From contig NW_004797494.1 in NCBI RefSeq assembly GCF_000002075.1, forward strand, positions 27,465 through 91,304: a stretch of 63,840 bases of DNA. The letters run 5' to 3'. A model generated the notes under the pieces. That model did not search any database and had not been told where the DNA came from. It saw only the letters and a program-made list of their open reading frames with translations. The position numbers were made by a program, and so were the translations under genes. This document shows positions 61,591 to 63,840 of the stretch, piece after piece. The stretch's first letter is position 1, and each line of letters starts with the position of its first letter. The DNA is from Aplysia californica (Eukaryota).

Positions 61591-62303
61591 TGGCACTTTA
61601 TCATGGTTAGGGGTGTTAGAACTTCTTTTAAACTGTCCTTTTGTTGTTTCTGTCTGTATTGTGGGTTTTTTTTCTCCGGTACTTAACAGAAAATCATAAT
61701 GGCTGCTGTCACGTCCTTGTGCTGCTCAAAATTGTGAAGTAACTGGAGTAAGGATAGAAATTATTGTTTGTACATTGATTGATGAATTGACCAGTATGAA
61801 GTGTGATTGAAATGTTCATTGTACTAATCTTAAAAAAAAAATAATTTGAGAAGCGCCTAGAGCTACAATTGCCACCATGAAGTGATCGCTAAAGAAGTGA
61901 TCTTTATTTATTATTATTGTTCATATTTTACTGGTGTCTGTGGTGTGTGCAGAGATTTCAGTTTGATTACCGAGTGGGGAGAAATTTTTATAGATTCAGT
62001 ATCTTGGTCTTTCATTTTTGGATGTTTTTTATTTTATTCCTCCCAGTCTGGGTTGGGCATGACAGGCAGGGTTGAAGGCCTGCCTTCTAAATATCTAAAT
62101 TTTCTCAATGGGGTGTAAAAACACCTACATTTGGTGGGGGGGGGGGGGGGAGAAAGAAATGAATTATTTTTTTAAAAACCTGGTTTACTTCCAAGTAGTA
62201 GTTGTATGTTTGAGAGAAAGGTAACACGCCCACCTTGTGTTGTCGTCCAGCCCGAGTAGCGTGCCTAGTTGTATGTTTGTGAGAAAGGTAACATGTGCCT
62301 AGT

Positions 62304-63151
62304 CAGGGTTGGTTGATTTAAATCAGTTGATTTTTTAAATTTAAATCAACTTGATTTTTAAAATAAAAATCAGTGATTTAAATTACTTTTTAACAAATTT
62401 ATTTGTATTCAGTTTTTACATATATTTCAACGTTCAGAATTCCTTTCCTTGGATTCATAAAACAGATATAAGGTTTAGTAGACTAGATCTAATATAATTA
62501 TGCTTAAAAGTCTGCTTTCCCCCCTTTCTCTGTAAAATAATACAGGATTCAATTTTTTTTTTCTTTCCATAATTGAAATCACAGCTGGGTTGATTTAAAT
62601 CAGTTGATTTTTTAAATTTTAATCAACTTGATTAAAAAAAAAATTAGTGATTTAAATCACTTTAAAAAAAATGTGTTTAGTTTTTACATATATATTTAAA
62701 CATTCAGAATTCCTTTCCTTGGTTTTATTAAACAGATGTAAGGTTTAGTAGACTAATATAATCATGCTTAAAAGTCTGCTTTCCCCCCTGTCACTGTAAA
62801 TAATACAGTATTCAATTTACTTTTTTTCATTATTGAAATCAGGGTTGGGTTGATTTAAATCAGGTCGATTTTTTAAATTTAAATCAACTTGATTTAAAAA
62901 ATAAAACTCGGTGATTTAAATCGCTTTTTAAAAAATGTATTCTGTTTTTACATCTTTAAACATTCAGAATTCCTTTCCTTGGTTTCATAAAACAGATATA
63001 AGGTTTAGTAGACTAATATAATCATGCTTAAAAGTCTGCTTTCCCCCCTGTCACTGTAAAATAATACAGAATTCAATGTCCTTTTTTTTGATAATTGAAA
63101 TTAGCTTTTTCTTTTTCTTTTTAGACAAATATAAGCGCGCGCACACACACT

Positions 63152-63232
<81 letters not shown>

Positions 63233-63571
63233 TAATAAAATGCAAGTTTATCTATGCATAATTACCCTCCCCCCCCTTCCTTTTAGACGGACATTTTCTT
63301 CATTTTTCTGTAGCCATAATTCAGTGATATAGCAGATTAAGGCTTTCTTTTGCTGTTGCTTACATTAATCATTATTTAAAATAAAGACAATGCATTTTGC
63401 ACTAAAAGAACATACTTTTTGGCACCAAAAATCCCAAACTGTGTCGACATTTAAAGAAAATTTTTTTAAATCAAAAAGATCTGATTTAAATTTAAAAAAT
63501 TTGATTTAAATTTTTAAAAATCGATTTTTAAAATTTTTATTTTTAAAAAAATCAAAAAATCACCAACCCTG
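62304..63571. mobile_element. Non-autonomous hAT-like element with ~3 internal 260-bp units
   Basis: CAGGGTTGGT...ACCAACCCTG, 8-bp TSD TGCCTAGT; same family as 6575-7221. Confidence 0.92.
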
Positions 63572-63840
63572 TGCCTAGTTGTGTATGTTTGTGAGAAAGG
63601 TAACATGTGCTTAGTTGTGTATGTTTTTGAGAAAGGTAACACGTGCCTAGTTGTGTGTACTATGTTTGTGAGAAAGGTAACATGTGCTTAGTTGTGTATG
63701 TTTGTGAGAAAGGTAACATGTGCCTAGTTGTGTGTACTATGTTTGTGAGAAAGGTAACATGTGCTTAGTTGTGTGTACTATGTTTGTGAGAAAGGTAACA
63801 TGTGCCTAGTTGTGTGTACTATGTTTGTGAGAAAGGTAAC
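63572..63840 (+). repeat. ~36-41 bp minisatellite (continues from 62198-62303)
   Basis: Unit gtgcctagttgtgt(gtac)tatgtttgtgagaaaggtaacat. Confidence 0.9.

Overview
Gapped, repeat-rich animal genomic scaffold; the repeat landscape looks gastropod-mollusc-like, but that is inference. It holds four spliced protein-coding genes reconstructed from GT-AG sites and reading-frame phase. (1) A mitochondrial poly(A) polymerase (MTPAP-like, minus strand, exons 1-5, running off the left end, exon 5 present twice). (2) Head-to-head with it, its paralog TUT1/Star-PAP (plus strand, about 13 coding exons, 11064-31187; ZnF-RRM-NTase-PAP-associated-KA1-like). (3) A convergent SKAP2-like adaptor (minus strand, 37317-45636; dimerisation-PH-Pro-rich-SH3). 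(4) The 5' part of an MBD5/6-like gene (plus strand, from 57972). Introns are filled with SINEs, LINE fragments, MITEs and minisatellites. The most unusual signals are three. First, short retroelements with three different heads share a covarying 3' hairpin, lie almost only in the sense orientation of their host gene, and often end at branch-point distance from 3' splice sites. Second, tandem arrays are repeatedly seeded on exon ends and splice sites. Third, the MTPAP/TUT1 paralog pair is divergently arranged and shares intron positions.
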